From contig CDRNST010000051.1 in NCBI GenBank assembly GCA_977016875.1, positions 5,456,001-5,520,000 on the forward strand: a stretch of 64,000 nucleotides of DNA, given 5' to 3'. This document shows positions 11,006-23,605 of the stretch, one piece after another. Both the position numbers and the translations under genes were made by a program. The stretch's first letter is position 1; each line of letters begins with the position of its first letter. The notes beneath the pieces were generated by a model. It did no database searches. It was not told the origin of the DNA and worked only from the letters and a program-made list of their open reading frames with translations. Origin of the DNA: Pavona decussata. Taxonomy: Eukaryota.

Positions 11006-12634
11006 CGTGATGTTGCACCTCCGCACACTTGCTGGTGGTCTCTGACCATTGTCATTGAAAGCATCATTTCCAGACAGTTAACCTTTGGAGAGAGTCCAAC
11101 CTACACAAGACATACATAACATAACATTAACAATAGAAAACAAATGAAATACTTGCCAACAGAATCCATCAACTTTTACCTCTGTCTTAACAGGCTCCTC
11201 GTCTAAATCTGCTTGTAAGGGGCGGAGGTAGGCAACAGCCTGTCCCAAACGGTCTTTTAGGTGTGGGGCTGTGTAGCCAAAGGCCCCTGGATGGACCAGT
11301 GATGATTTTCTGTGCCCAGCTCCTCCTCCGTGAGCACGGAGGACTTCAAACCCTCCAGCAGTTTTTAGTTTCGGGACGTTTTGCTCTAATTTTGAAGCCA
11401 AGTCGTTGTGAGTTGCATTCTTCTTCATGGATAAAAGAGCTTTACCTAGCCCCGCATCTAACAGCTTATTCACTCTAGCTCTTGATGGAGTACCTTGCTC
11501 ATCCTGCCTTCCAAGTAAAAGAAAAATCATGTGTCCAGGTATCTTTTGGCGCAAACTGTTTAGCAGGAATGTATCCTGTCATCTTTTGCCTCTTGGGGAG
11601 TGGTGGGGTGCTTGTACGAGAAGAACACATTCCTGGAAATCTTCTCCTACAAGGCAGTAACAAAAATATATATTTGTTTGTTTTCTAACAAGAGAGTAGG
11701 CTCAAAATATAGGGTCAACTTAGTTAAATTTTCCTCAAGGAACTGAATTTGGAAAATATAAGTAAAAAAATCTGAAAGCACACAGAGATAGAAATAATTG
11801 GAACTGACTTACGGAAAACAAATTTTTCGCCTGTATTGATGCCAGTGTTATCAAACATGCAACAGTTAATTTCACACAAATGAAAAAAGTGTCACTGTGT
11901 TGATTCAGAAAGTATCCATACTCCTACCACAGAGGCTTTTTTGATTTGTACCTCCACCTCCCTCTGGAAATTCCAGCTCAGCTTAATACTTCCTTTAAAA
12001 ATTTGGCTCTTGAGGCCCCTCTTCCCCTCAGAATTTCCAATGACCCTCCGTGGGGTGGGTATGCATATGTTCAGGAACACATTCAGTGATAAAAATCCCA
12101 ATCCCAATGAACAAAAACACTTGTAATTGTAACTGGGTTACATTTTTTTTAATAAACTTCATACTGTACTGAGCAGTACTCTGCACTATTTCTTATGAAC
12201 AAGCAGCAAACATGAATAGAGTGAGAGTTGGTAAATGTATTAAATTATGAAAATAATAATTTTGAACAAAATATCATCTTCCTATCTTATAACATTTTTG
12301 ACTGAAAGGAAGTACATGCGAGTTGTATCTAACGTTCGACCAAATCAATAAGCCCAGTGTTCGACACTGGCAACTATAAGACCTATGGAATGCATCATAG
12401 AGACGGCAACCGCTGGACTTTACACAACATGTGCTGCCCGTCGGTCGTTATCCTAAAATCACACATTTATTCACCCATTTTAATTCGCCTCCATAAGAAA
12501 ATTCAAAACCCATCGATGAAAGGAAACTCGTATAAAAGTATAGTCTTCACTTGATTAAGATTATATTACCTAAATTCCACTGAAGCTTGTGTTGATGAAC
12601 TAGCGTTCCGCTCGCCAGTTTCGGTGCTAGTCAT
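11006..12634 (-). pseudogene. Spliced accessory gene divergent from the IS3EU-like transposase; resembles the N-terminal region of G2E3-like/HECT-associated proteins
   Basis: ATG at 12634 (MTSTETGERNASSSTQASVEF|GT). Exon ~11646-11180: KDTWTHDF/LLGRQDEQGTP...LLDAGLGK...VPKLKTAGGFEVLRA...GYTAPHLKDRLGQAVAYLRPLQADL. Exon ~11100-11006: PKVNCL...VRDHQQVC. No HECT domain is visible in the window. Confidence 0.55.
11893..12089. mobile_element. ~195-bp MITE
   Basis: Imperfect TIRs: TGTGTTGATTCAGAAAGTATCCATACTCCTACCACAGAGG and CCTCCGTGGGGTGGGTATGCATATGTTCAGGAACACA. Confidence 0.65.
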
Positions 12635-12894
12635 GGCGTATTGGCTATCTGACGGGCTATCTGATTTCTGTGAGTCCAGATGACTCACCACCTCTCAAAG
12701 TAATGATTCCATTCATTTCATTTGATTTTCTTTCAATTGTTCCTCCAACATATTGCAGAAAATCCTTAGAAAATCTTGCAAACTTCCACCTCGGATAAAC
12801 ACTTTGGCGCAAAGAAGAAGAAGAACCTGAAGCACCTTGGGAAACAATTTTTGCACGATGCGCCGCTGACCCGATTGAATAACACACGATGAAA

Positions 12895-13180
12895 AACGAT
12901 GATCCAATGGCATCTGACCCGATAAAATGAGTTACCATCCAATGGCATCTAACCCGATAAAATGAGTTATGATCCAATTGCATCTAACCTGAAAAAATGA
13001 GTAACGATCCAATGGCATGAGGATACATGGTCCAATGGAATGATACTCGATCCAATGGCGAGAAGAACATGACCAAATGGAATGCTGTCTGATCCAGTGA
13101 CATAAAGAACTTAATCTGATAGGATGTATTGTGATCCAATGGAATAGGAAATGATCCGATGACATTTTTGACCCAATTCC
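12895..13180. repeat. Degenerate tandem array built on GATCCAATGG (35-bp units decaying to ~20-bp units)
   Basis: GATCCAATGGCATCT(G/A)ACCCGATAAAATGAGTTA occurs about 3 times, followed by repeated GATCCAATGG variants. Confidence 0.85.
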
Positions 13181-13204
13181 CCCTCCATACAGACTGCTTT
13201 CTCG

Positions 13205-13690
13205 AAGTCTAAGGTGATTTGCTGGATGCCAGGCCTGAAGGGAGGATCTCAAGAAGGTGTTTCAGTACCTTGCGATAGTCACTCTTTTTTTTTGTCCCGA
13301 CATTAATACAAATAAGAGAGGCACTTGTTTGGCATGGTCGTCCTTCCCGACAAAGGCGTTCACGGTCAGCAGCTGCTTAAACGGATGCCCGCACAGCTTA
13401 AAAATACCCGCGATGTACAACGCTTTGGCCCGGGCAAGGTACTCTAGTTGCTGGTTGGTTGCAAGCATAAGATGTCTATGATAGCATACTGGTACGTCTC
13501 CCCGCAGGAACCCGTCAGGAATATTCTCCTCATCTAAATTGAACTCTAAGTCTGTGGGGTCATTTGGCCTCAGTCGCTGGTGGTGTCGGTTGGCTACTCT
13601 TGCTATGTACTCGGGCCTTGGTAAGCATGGGCAGGGGACATCTTCCAAGTCTTCTAATAGCACCTCTTCGACGATAGCGGACGCTGGTCA
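13205..13690 (-). mobile_element. Mutator/MULE transposase fragment
   Basis: RLRPNDPTDLEF...RHLMLATNQQLEYLARAKALYIAGIFKLCGHPFKQLLTVNAF...KQVPLLFVLMSG is a degenerate WYIDGTFK...P...QL...VPL.F.LM MULE motif. Confidence 0.85.
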
Positions 13691-14037
13691 GAAGATAGCA
13701 ATTTATAGACAAAACAAAGTTCACACCTCTGCGTGTGGGTCATTATTGCTACTCAGTCATATTTACGATGACATCAAAACTGATACTTACTCATCATTCT
13801 GGTCGATCATATAAATAGTGCTCAGAACTTTCACTCGAATAACACTCATGGAGTGACAACCTAGACTCGATCTATCATGTAAACAGTTCATCGCCTTGAT
13901 CAATCGTATAAGCAGTACTCGGTCATGTTTGCAGTATAATATAGGGTGCCAAACCAGTCAATATTGTATGCTCAACTCGACTTTTTATATGCTCAGCTAA
14001 TGCATTGCGGCCGCCGGCAGGTAGCACTCAAACAAAG

Positions 14038-15522
14038 ATGGCTGCTAGTACATCCAGGGAAAGAAATGAATATGGGTTGTTTTTATTTTTTGACAATTTC
14101 AAGTTACTGCTGTCAAGAATAACACCTTTTCAAGAAACAAACCGGTCCCAGAGCTTGTCGTTAGAGGATGTTGATCAGGCTATTTTTCAGCTGATGGCCG
14201 CTCCAGACACCATTCAGTTGTTGGTCTCTGATATTGAAAACAACAACGATTTCACTGATGTCACATCAATCCTAAACCTGGTCCTGATGAAGGTAAGAAA
14301 CTTGGATGATCAGCTGCAACGATACAGAAATGCTTCATCAAACATAACTGGTGAAACTGCGAATAGCAGCCCAACTATTTCCACAGGACTTGGTGCAGGG
14401 CGCCCACGCTATGTCATTGAGGAAGAGCAAATACGTTTGTTAAGAGAACTACATTTCCCATGGATAAAAATAGCAGACACTTGGAGTAAGTGAGAGTACT
14501 CTAAGGAGGTGGCAATTGATATATGGCATGGCTGGGGACGAAGACTCAAGTTGGACTAAGATCTTAGACCGATTTAGAAAAAATAGTTCAAGACATCCAG
14601 GAATTAACCCCTAAAATTGGGCAGGCACGTTTGCAAGGTGCCCTCAGAGGGAGAGGATTAAGGATTCAATGATGGCGAGTCAGGAATTGTCTCCAAAAAC
14701 TCGATCCCATTGGTACCTGTTTACGTTGGCATGCAGCAATTCACAAAAGGAAATACAGTGTCCCAACCCCAAATGCTTTGTGGCACATCGATAGTAATTA
14801 CAAACTTATTAGGTGGAGATTAATAACTCATCTATGTGTTGATGGATATTTTAGCCTGATAATTTATGTGCACTGTTGTAACAGCAACACAGCAGACACA
14901 GTCTAGGAGCAATTTGTCAGAGGAGTGAACGTCTATGGATTACCTTCCAGGGTGAGAAGCGACTACGGTAAGTCGCAGAGTTTATGGTAGAGCAGAGAGG
15001 TTTGGGCTGGGGTGGCATTATAACTGGTAGTTCTGTAGAGAGATCACATAGAGATGTCTACTCTGGACTACTTTGTTTCTCTGCGAGAACATTTGCCTAC
15101 CTAGAGGATCTTGGGGTCCTTGATCCTCTAAATGAACTGCACTTATTTGCGTTATGTTATACATTCATCCCCAGAATTAACAAGTGCTTATAAGAGTTCA
15201 AAAACCAATGGGAAAACCACCCCTTACCTTTTGAAGGAAATCGTTCTCTGCTTCAGGTATGCTTGAAAATGAACAATCCAGCTATGCTGGAGTTGCAAGT
15301 GTCTTTGATCCCGACAGCACAAACGACTATGGATTTTATCCCGCAGGACCATTCCCTGTTGAGGATGATGACTATCAGGTGGCAGTCTTAGTACCAAATG
15401 TGCAGATTTCTGACCAACAGATAGCGGCTTTGTCAAATCGCTGTAACCCTTTGCAAGAAGATGACAGAAGTGGTTAAAACACGTACCTGGATTGCTTACA
15501 CATTCTATGTTCTATGGTTTAA
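14038..15522 (+). mobile_element. IS3EU-like eukaryotic integrase-core (DDE) transposase pseudogene
   Basis: GRPRYVIEEEQIRLLRELHFPWIKIA (HTH); KRKYSVPTPNALWHIDSNYKLIRWRLITHLCVDGYF; YGLPSRVRSDYG; IITGSSVERSHRDVY; LFALCYTFIPRINKCL...QWENHPL. Several stops and frameshifts. Confidence 0.8.
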
Positions 15523-15950
15523 TAACCATGCATAAACTGGACCTTGGTAGAGTATTGGTGTAGGAATCTTCTGTCGTGGAACATCTATTGCTATTGTTTT
15601 GTTGGATCAAACATCCGGACAGTACACTGTTAATTGGCCTTTTATCATATGACTTTGATTGACAAGTTTAATTCATTTTGTGATATCTTCTTTATGTGGT
15701 GAGCTAGAACGAAGTACTAAGAAAAACATTAAAAACAGCGAAGTAAATAAAACTGCATCAACTTTATTCAAACAAGGTCAAACTTGCGTTCTCAGTTATA
15801 CAATTATGGCTGTGTTTACACTTGGGCATTTACCCAGGTAATCATTTACTGACTAAACCTTGGTACACTCAAATAACCGAGGTAAACCTGTCATCAATCA
15901 CGATCACGATCAAATCGAATTGGCGGCAAATTCTAAAATCCATCCATAAA

Positions 15951-17197
15951 ATGCCCGCCTTTATGAGAAAAGCTGTGGCTCTTGTAGTCCTCACGTTTCA
16001 TTTTCTTGTTCTTGAGCTGCAAACTCAAGTCTCAAGATTTCAGCGGATTTCACTTTTGCAGCACCTCAAGAATTCGAGGCGAAAGAAGTTTTTTCTCTTA
16101 ATGCTCTTCGAAAGACAAGGCGCGCTAGACGTGCGTGGTCATGGATGAGAAACCAATGTTGTTTTGAAACCCTTTTGCACGGAAATTTTGTTGAAGATTG
16201 GTGGAAAGAGAACTTCAAAATATCTAAACGTGCATTCGATTACATTCTCCGAGTGTTTTGTCCGGATTTGGCAATGAAGGACACCAGATTGCGTGAATGT
16301 ATTCCGGTAAACAAGCGAGTGGGTGTGGCGTTGTGGCGATTGGCGACTGGAGACATGTACAGATCAACAGGCCTGCAATTCTGCATTGGAAGATGTACAG
16401 CAATGCTGTTGAAAGCTGATTTTTGTAAGGCCATTGCCAAAAGAGCCACTTATTTTATCAAATTTCCACAGACTGAAGAGGAGCTCACCTGGAACATTCG
16501 CTTATTCGCCCAGAAGTCTCCATTTCCACAAGTGGTAGGTGCAATTGACGGAAGTCATATCCCTTTAAAAACATTGCCCCTGAAGAAACGAATAGAATAC
16601 TTCAATCGCAAGTAGGATTATTCTATTGTGGTTTAAGCTGTTGCTGATGCGTCCTTTAAATTTCTCGATGTGAGTACAGGTTTTCCTGGCAGCATACACA
16701 ATGCCCGCATTCTCCAATTGAGTAAACTGCATAGAGAGGTTGTTCAAGGTAACTGGCTTAACAGACCTTCGAAACAAATTGGTGCAATTGAAGTTGGACC
16801 TTTGCTGGTTGTGGACTCGGCTTATCCCTTATCAACCTGGTTAATGAAACCTTTCAAGCCAGCTCATATGTTAACTGAAAGCCAGTTGCGGTACAATTGT
16901 GCCCTCAGTCAGGCCCAGGTAGTTATAGAACAAGCCTATGGAATTTTGAAAGGTCGCTGGAGGTGTCTCTACAAAGCAATGGAGGAAAAGACAAGTAGCG
17001 TCCCCCTCACTATCTTGGCTTGCTGTGTCCTTCACAACATCTGTATAATTGTTGGAGATCCAAGCGCTATAGACCCAGTTGAGGACGACAACGAGTACTT
17101 TGTTAATTGTTACTTTCAAAAAACCCAGCAGCTGGCTAGGAATCTTTGCATAGAGGCTAAAACTTTGTTGCGTTTTTTAATATCCACCTCTTTGTAA
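15951..17197 (+). pseudogene. Harbinger (HARBI1-like DDE_Tnp_4) transposase
   Basis: WWKENFKISK...VALWRLATG...VVGAIDGSHI...YFNRK*DYSI...GFPGSIHNARI...VDSAYPL...VIEQAYGILKGRWRCL...CCVLHNIC. Two in-frame stops and an N-terminal frameshift. Confidence 0.92.
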
Positions 17198-17663
17198 ATA
17201 TGTTTTTGTTAATTTGATTTAACCCATTCAATGTAAAATCATATAATTTTTTTTTGCTGAAGCACATAAGCATCATTTAAATCTATAATTAAAACTAATG
17301 AATTGATGGTCACTTTTGGTTTTAATATTTTTCTTCGTTAGTATTTCTTGTATATGCAAAAGAAATCATTTGAAACCTTAAATTAATTGACAAATATTAT
17401 AATCAATTTGTTTTGCTATTTTTCAACAACACTTTGAAATACAGGGTACCCTTCGATCTTCCCGATTTTTCTAGGAAGATTGAAGGAGACTCTGCTGGCA
17501 GACAAAATATTTTGATTTATTCTTTAACTAAAATTCCTTTTATAACTAATTTTTTCTTATATATAATGTCCGTTTTCTTGTAATAATATTGATGATAATA
17601 ATAATCACAGTTTTCGAACGGAAACAAACAAAGGAAGAGTGTACAAATGTCTCTAGTAATCAG

Positions 17664-18780
17664 TTATTCTTTCCCTTTGGCAACATCCCTAAGGATATTT
17701 CCCAGCATTGCCAAAGCGTCCGTGGAGAATTTTTGCTGCTCTCGTCGGCTTTTTTTCTCTGCTTCGGCCATCCGCTGCAAAAATGCCTCATCCCTCTCCT
17801 GTGCCCTTTCAAGAAACGAAAGCACTGTGCTTTGTTCCTCTGCACCACTTTCACATTTGGCCTTCTTACCGACATTCTTCTTAGCTTGTTTTTCTCCCAT
17901 GCAACTCTTTGCATTTGGTGTACCTGTGTGCAGCTTTCTTTTTCCCTTTTGTTCTTGAAAAAGAGTGATCTCGAGGAAGCTAATGCGTCGTCCTCATCAT
18001 CTGAGCCATCAGCACAATATGTGCTTTCGCCAGATGGGCCCGGTGCATCCCTCTCCTTATGGGCGTGTGCAGCTGACAAAATCTCCGCATCCAAGGCCTC
18101 TTTGTCCAGCAAATTGCAATCATTCTCCGGGGAACTGTCCACGTATGAGCTGCTTTCCAGTACGTGCTTGGGATTTACTGCTTCTCGATTGCCGAGAATG
18201 TCATCCACATCGTTAAAATGCCTTGGTATAAGGTCACTTTCACTCTCAGTTTCCTTGTCTACTTCGTGGTCTCCCCCTTTTCCATAGCCTGTTGTCCTGA
18301 GTTTATCTTTTACGCCCTTGTATTTGTTTTGCCAGGTTGGCCATTTTATTTTTGCACTACTGTGCGGATTTGTTACTTTCCACCTTCTCTCGTGTGCACC
18401 TCTCGTGCGGTTACCTAGTGATAGACTGCCATTCCGGGCAATTGAACGCCTTGTATCGTAGCTTATCCTCGTTTTCACTGAACAATTCGATTAGAATCCT
18501 TTCTTCTGTGTCACTCCACCGATTTTTTCTCCTTTGCGCTCCACTATCTTAATTTTTTGTCGCTGGCGGATCCGAAAACTGGGAAGCCTGAGCCGCACGC
18601 ACAGGGGAATGATTAAACAGCGGTGCCATCAACTTCAATGAAGACCTCATAGATGGGCCATACATGAAGTACTGATGAGGCGTCTGTTGCAGGAATTGTT
18701 GACTGTACTGGTGTTGTAATGGGTGTTGTAGCGCGTAGCCAAATGGCGAATACGTGGAATATACATCTTCCCTGGCGAAA
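17664..18780 (-). pseudogene. Harbinger Myb/SANT-like (trihelix) DNA-binding protein
   Basis: RKNRWSDTEERILIELFSENEDKLRY...EWQSI...CKNKMANL/KYKGVKDKLRTTG...HFNDVDDILGNREAVNP, with C-terminal coiled coil FLERAQERDEAFLQRMAEAE. Stops and frameshifts. Confidence 0.85.
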
Positions 18781-18935
18781 TAATAGATAGAGAATAAATA
18801 CAGAGAATCAACTGAAATTGCCACAAGAAATAAATTATAATAATAAGAACAAATTACTGTAAACAAGAGTCAGATTGTTTTCCGACAGTCAGAATGTGTC
18901 CGGACTCAATTTTGCTTGTTTACTAGACAAATATG

Positions 18936-20010
18936 CCGTCTGTTCTACTTAATAAGCAAGTTTGACACAGCAAGTTTGCTTATTAAACAAGAAAGACACT
19001 ATTTTTGCTTATTAAACAAAAAGTAACACGATTTGGCATACTCGAATATAATTATCAGTCACCATTACGGAACAAAATATCCAGAACAAAACCAGCCCAA
19101 CCAATGAATCATTCTGCACAAAGTTATTTTGGTAGGAGTGCCATCTGCTTAATCCGTCTTTTAAGCGAAATTAAGGCGTTATTTTCCTTTTCTGACAGCT
19201 ACTTTTCTTAGAAGTTTGACTTCTCCGCACGATCAGTCGGCGGCCGTAACTTGACGATCGATGGGAGTTCACATTTGAAAACAAATAAAAATTCCTCTTT
19301 ACTCTTATTGCTCCATCAAATGGGGAAGTTGAAATATTTGTGAATACAGCAACAACAAGGCGATTTAAGGTTTTTGTTGAGCATGGCCTTAGAGCTGTTC
19401 GTTGTTCCGAACAACTAGCAGCTCTATATTGTTCGTTTCGTCATTTCAGTCACGACGAACAACAATTACGGTGCTTTGCATTCAATGGATTTATTTTGCA
19501 CGGACAATTTCCAGTGGCCAAAAAAATATAATCTTGAAAGAGATCTTCAAGAAAAAATGGAGTAGATTCTGCAAAGATATTTCCACCCACATTACCAGTA
19601 AACGTCGAATAAACATCTCAGATGAAATTTAATGTGATCCTCTACATGTACTGAATGCAAACTTGGTCCCAGATCAAATTTTCATCAACTGAATTGACCG
19701 TCGAACTGAGATCAATTGCGCCGTTACTTTGATTAAAACCTGTATTTTCATTATCGAATTGATTTCAACTGTAAAGAAAAAACTATTAAGTGCGAAGACG
19801 TGCCAATATCGACATGACAGAATGAAGGAATTACCAGAATGTAGAATATAATCCACGGTCTGATTCAGGTTATTCTTTTTTGTTTATTAGGCAAGAACGA
19901 CGACCCTTTTCGTTTATTAAACGATGTAGTTTTGATTACTAAACAAAACTGCGCGTGCTTTTTGCTTATTAAACAAAACGTACCAAAAGTAAGAAGTAGA
20001 CACATTACGG
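18936..20010. mobile_element. Putative ~1.07-kb non-autonomous element with CCGT...ACGG ends and subterminal GCTTATTAAAC repeats
   Basis: Left end CCGTCTGTTCTACTT versus reverse complement of right end CCGTAATGTGTCTACTT. TTGCTTATTAAACAA-like motifs cluster at 18947-19020 and 19910-19980. Confidence 0.4.
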
Positions 20011-20181
20011 AAAGAAGGGCAACTCTTATCCTTTTTTATATCCACAGCTAGAGCGGCAGCGCCGCTAGCCCCACTGTACATACAACAATTCGCGTCTTCA
20101 AAATGTTCATGCTGTTTTTACAACATCGTTTGAAAATGTACTTTCTACGGTGGGGAAAAGCATAAAAACCTTAGTTTTTAA

Positions 20182-20850
20182 GAGCAATTCTCCAGGAAAG
20201 TGAAGCAAAGTTGGAAATGAAAATTTTTAACCCCCCTTCATTTTTTGTGTGGAGGTAGGTTACCTGGACGGATGAACAAAAACAGCCATATTTGGATCGG
20301 CAGGTGCGTTGTTGCCATGGAAACCACACTTGATCACGTCGGCCTGAGGTCTATGTTTTTACCGAAAAATTCACTCTCAAATAGTAAAAATAAACGAGTC
20401 TGGTTCTCGAGTACATGTGAACCAATTCAAATGAAATTCATGCAGATGGTAGAACCACTCTCCCAGTTTATAAAATTTGCTGTTAGAGTATTTGGGGTTC
20501 TATAATCAAGAAGATCTTGGTCGTATTACTATGTTGCCTGTCAGCCATTTTGACCAGAAGGAAAAACAAGCACAACCATATTCGTTATTTCTCCGAAAGT
20601 ACTCTTTCCACATAAACCAAATTAGCAGCAGGGCTTACATAGATATTGAAGTTTATAAATATTATAAAATCTATTTGGGGAAAATTATATTCTGGCCATG
20701 GGTGTTGAAGACATCCGAGGCAAGTTGCAAAAAATTGCAAAATTGGAAATGTTGAGGTCTCCAGTATTTGGTTCAAACAGGGTTTAGATAGAGAATATCA
20801 ACTTCAGAGGTTTTTTCATTCATCTTATCTGTTATCTACATTTGATTGAT
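20182..20850. mobile_element. Possible solo Sola3-type terminus
   Basis: TTAA (20178-20181) followed by GAGCAATTCTCC..., the same TTAA|GAG junction as the two complete Sola3-type elements. No partner TIR found; right boundary arbitrary. Confidence 0.35.
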
Positions 20851-20859
20851 TAGGTTTTG

Positions 20860-23605
20860 GCCAATGAATAGGGGAAGAAGCCTTTAGTTTGTGGACACTC
20901 GTAAGCTTTAAGAAACTTGTCGTAACTAAATCCAGGCGCCAGGAAGTTGGTAACATCTAAGAAGCAGAGGTGTGCCGACTTTAAGCACATAATATTATTA
21001 TTGCACTTAATAGTAAACAAAACTTCCTCGTTTTTGACCAGGACTAGGAAGAGAAATTCTTTTACGGCATTTAAGTCATATTTTCCTGAGTTGAAGCCAA
21101 GTACAGGAAGCTCTTTCAGGTATTCTTCTAGTCTGTTTCTCAATTTTTTCAAAGGGTGTTCTCTTTTCCGCGTAGGTCCAGGTCTATTTACCTCTGTTTT
21201 TTCGTTTGTATACTCTGGAAATTCTTTGTGTTGTTTCTCGCGCCTATTATCCAGCGCACGGTAAAATGATGGCCCTTGCTCTTCCACCTCATCGTCTAGG
21301 AAAACATGATCTTCCTCCGTTTCAGACTTAATGTCTTCTTCTTCATTACCGTTTCCATGAGATCTTCTCCCTCGTCATCACTATCTTCTTCTTCAGAGCA
21401 ATCATTCCTTTTTGTCTGTTCCTTGCGTTCTTTTCTAACTTCTCATTTATTGCGTCAAAAAGAAAGGAAAACTCTATTTTCATCCGGCGATAACTTTCTT
21501 GACTTATTTCTACTAGATAGTCGACCATCTGTTTGACAAGTTGTTTGGAATCCCCTTCTGAGACGAAACATTTGGGTTGATCGTAGCCTGGTAAGTTTGA
21601 ACAGACGCTGAGACTCAAAGGGATGTGCTTGGTTTCCCAGGTTAATTTTTCTGTGTTATTGAGACCAGTGTTAGGGCTGAACATACACTCAAAATCGAAA
21701 GTGGCTCTGTAAGGAAAGTATTGAGATGTTGAGGAACGGTAAGGCCTTCGTCCTCTAAGAGCTGAAAGATCGTAGGTGAAGTCTTGAATGCACCCCCAGG
21801 AAACTGATAACACACTTTAGCCTCACAGGTTCGCTCGTGACAATGTAGTTTTCCTACATGTCTCCAATAGGTTCCGCATCGAGAGCAGCAGTACGATTTG
21901 GCGTATTTCTTCATATCTTTGATGTATGAAAAGTGATTCTGGTACAGGTTGAGGTATAGAGTACTCGGTTAGTGGCAAAGGGAGCGATGTGTCAATTGCG
22001 CTGCAATCTCCGGTGTAGAACCCTTGTCTTCTTTTATTATGTCTTCTTCTCCCTCTTCTCCATCAGGTTTGGTAGGTTCCAGGGAATAGACGGAAAGGTT
22101 CACTTCAAATAGATGTTCTAGGTTGGACAGTTCTGTAAGCTTCACACCACAAAATTTCCTTTTCTCGGGAAACGTTTCGCGATATCTCTCGTAGTAATGT
22201 TCAGCATCTCGCTCTAGGTTTTTCAGGTGACAACCGTTATGAACAGCCAGGGCTCGGAAGAAACAGAGGTTGTCGGTGTAGACTTTTCCATCGTTGTGAT
22301 CGCGATCCAAGGCAACCAAACCATGGTTTTCAGCCAGGTAAGCAGGTAGATCTGTGCGTCGTCCTATTGGGTGGCCTCAAAGTTTCGTTATGAAAAATGT
22401 GACATTAGTCACCTGCTCTACGACCCATTTAGAGTTGGGGCGTCGCTGACGGACCCATTCTAGTACATCAAGATTTTGCAGTGCTTGATGAACGCTTTGT
22501 AAATCAGCCACAGTTGAAATCTGGAAGGGTTCTTCGAAAACTTGGTCGTTGTTTTGGGACGCGTAATAATATTGCAGTTGGCCAGTTTCGTTGTTACGCA
22601 GTATAAATCCGAAAGACACATTCAGCTTAAACACCGTGGACTGCTCAGTAAATATCTCGTCAAGATGTTGTATAATCCCTTGAGGTTGAAGGGAGGTCAG
22701 GCGATAATTGTACCAGTCCAAAAGACAGTTTTGTCTGTTAAAGCGAGTCCTTATTTGATACCAAGGGCGACGGTACTCAGGGAAAGCGCTTTGCTCGTCC
22801 TTTGGAAGGTCAGCCAAGGTCCTGGGGTCTTCTTGCCATTTTGTACTAGAAACTGCTTTTTTGTCGATAAGATTCTGCTTTATTTTCTTGGCGCTAGGTC
22901 CTGAATAAAGTTATCATACACAAAATGTTCGATCTTAATCCCTTGCATAATAAAACGATTTTAAACTCCATTGTTTCACCATAGTTCAAATTTAATTTCA
23001 GTTAATTAGCAAAGTTAATCCTTGACACAAAGAAATATTTCCACTCCACTTCTTTTTCGTCGGAAATTTAATTTGCATACGATACCATACAAGCATTAAC
23101 ACATTGTAGCAAACAAGTGCTTTGTATCGCAGAGATACGATGGCAAAGTTTATCTTACTGAGTTCTTACCTGAGCCATCATAGCGTGAACGTTTTGTGGC
23201 TGCAGAAGGGTTGCTGTAAGCAGTTTTCTGGTGAGCTTGAAATGGGGCCATGTTCTGAAAGATCTCTCCACAGGTAAGGCACTTGTATTCACGCTGGGCT
23301 GCTCGCTTTTTGTGAACTTGTTCTTTGTGACGTTGTAGATCAGATTTGCGCTGAAACGTCTTGTCGCATTTGGAACATTGATGTTTTTTCATCTTTAAAT
23401 GAGTCTCTTCGTGACGTTTTAAAGCGTCTGATCGTGTGAAAACTTTTCCACAAGTCCCACATTCATTTCTAGACTTTTTGACAGCCGATAGGTCTGCTTT
23501 ATCCTACAAAACAATAAACATGCATATTAGTATCTCGATAAACTCAACAATAGAGAAAAATCAATCGATGGTACCTCAGCTGGTCGTTTTCTGCCGGCTC
23601 CATTT
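20860..23605 (-). mobile_element. Maverick/Polinton-like protein-primed PolB gene, 5' half, spliced to C2H2 zinc fingers; pseudogene truncated before the polymerase domain
   Basis: Exon ~23503-23170 has three C2H2-type fingers (CGTC...H...H, CSKC...H....H, CLTC...H). A phase-1 intron leads to ~22901. Then FKLNVSFGFILRN...RPNSKWVV (terminal-protein-like region); DNLCFFRALA...QNHFSYI (OTU-like); CSRC...H...C; PYRATFDFEC (ExoI); PVLGFNSGKYDL (ExoII); FLDVTNFLAPGFSYDKFLKAY...KGFFPY. Confidence 0.8.

Larger units (their letters stand above)
15808..18780 (+). mobile_element. PIF/Harbinger element (left terminus, transposase and Myb/SANT gene); right TIR not found
   Basis: Starts GGCTGTGTTTACACTTGGGC after TAT, followed by the two convergent genes typical of Harbinger. 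Confidence 0.85.

Noticed and set aside
14038-15522. Bacterial IS3 element or contamination
   Set aside because: Flanked by intron-containing eukaryotic TE genes; the motifs fit the eukaryotic integrase-core family.
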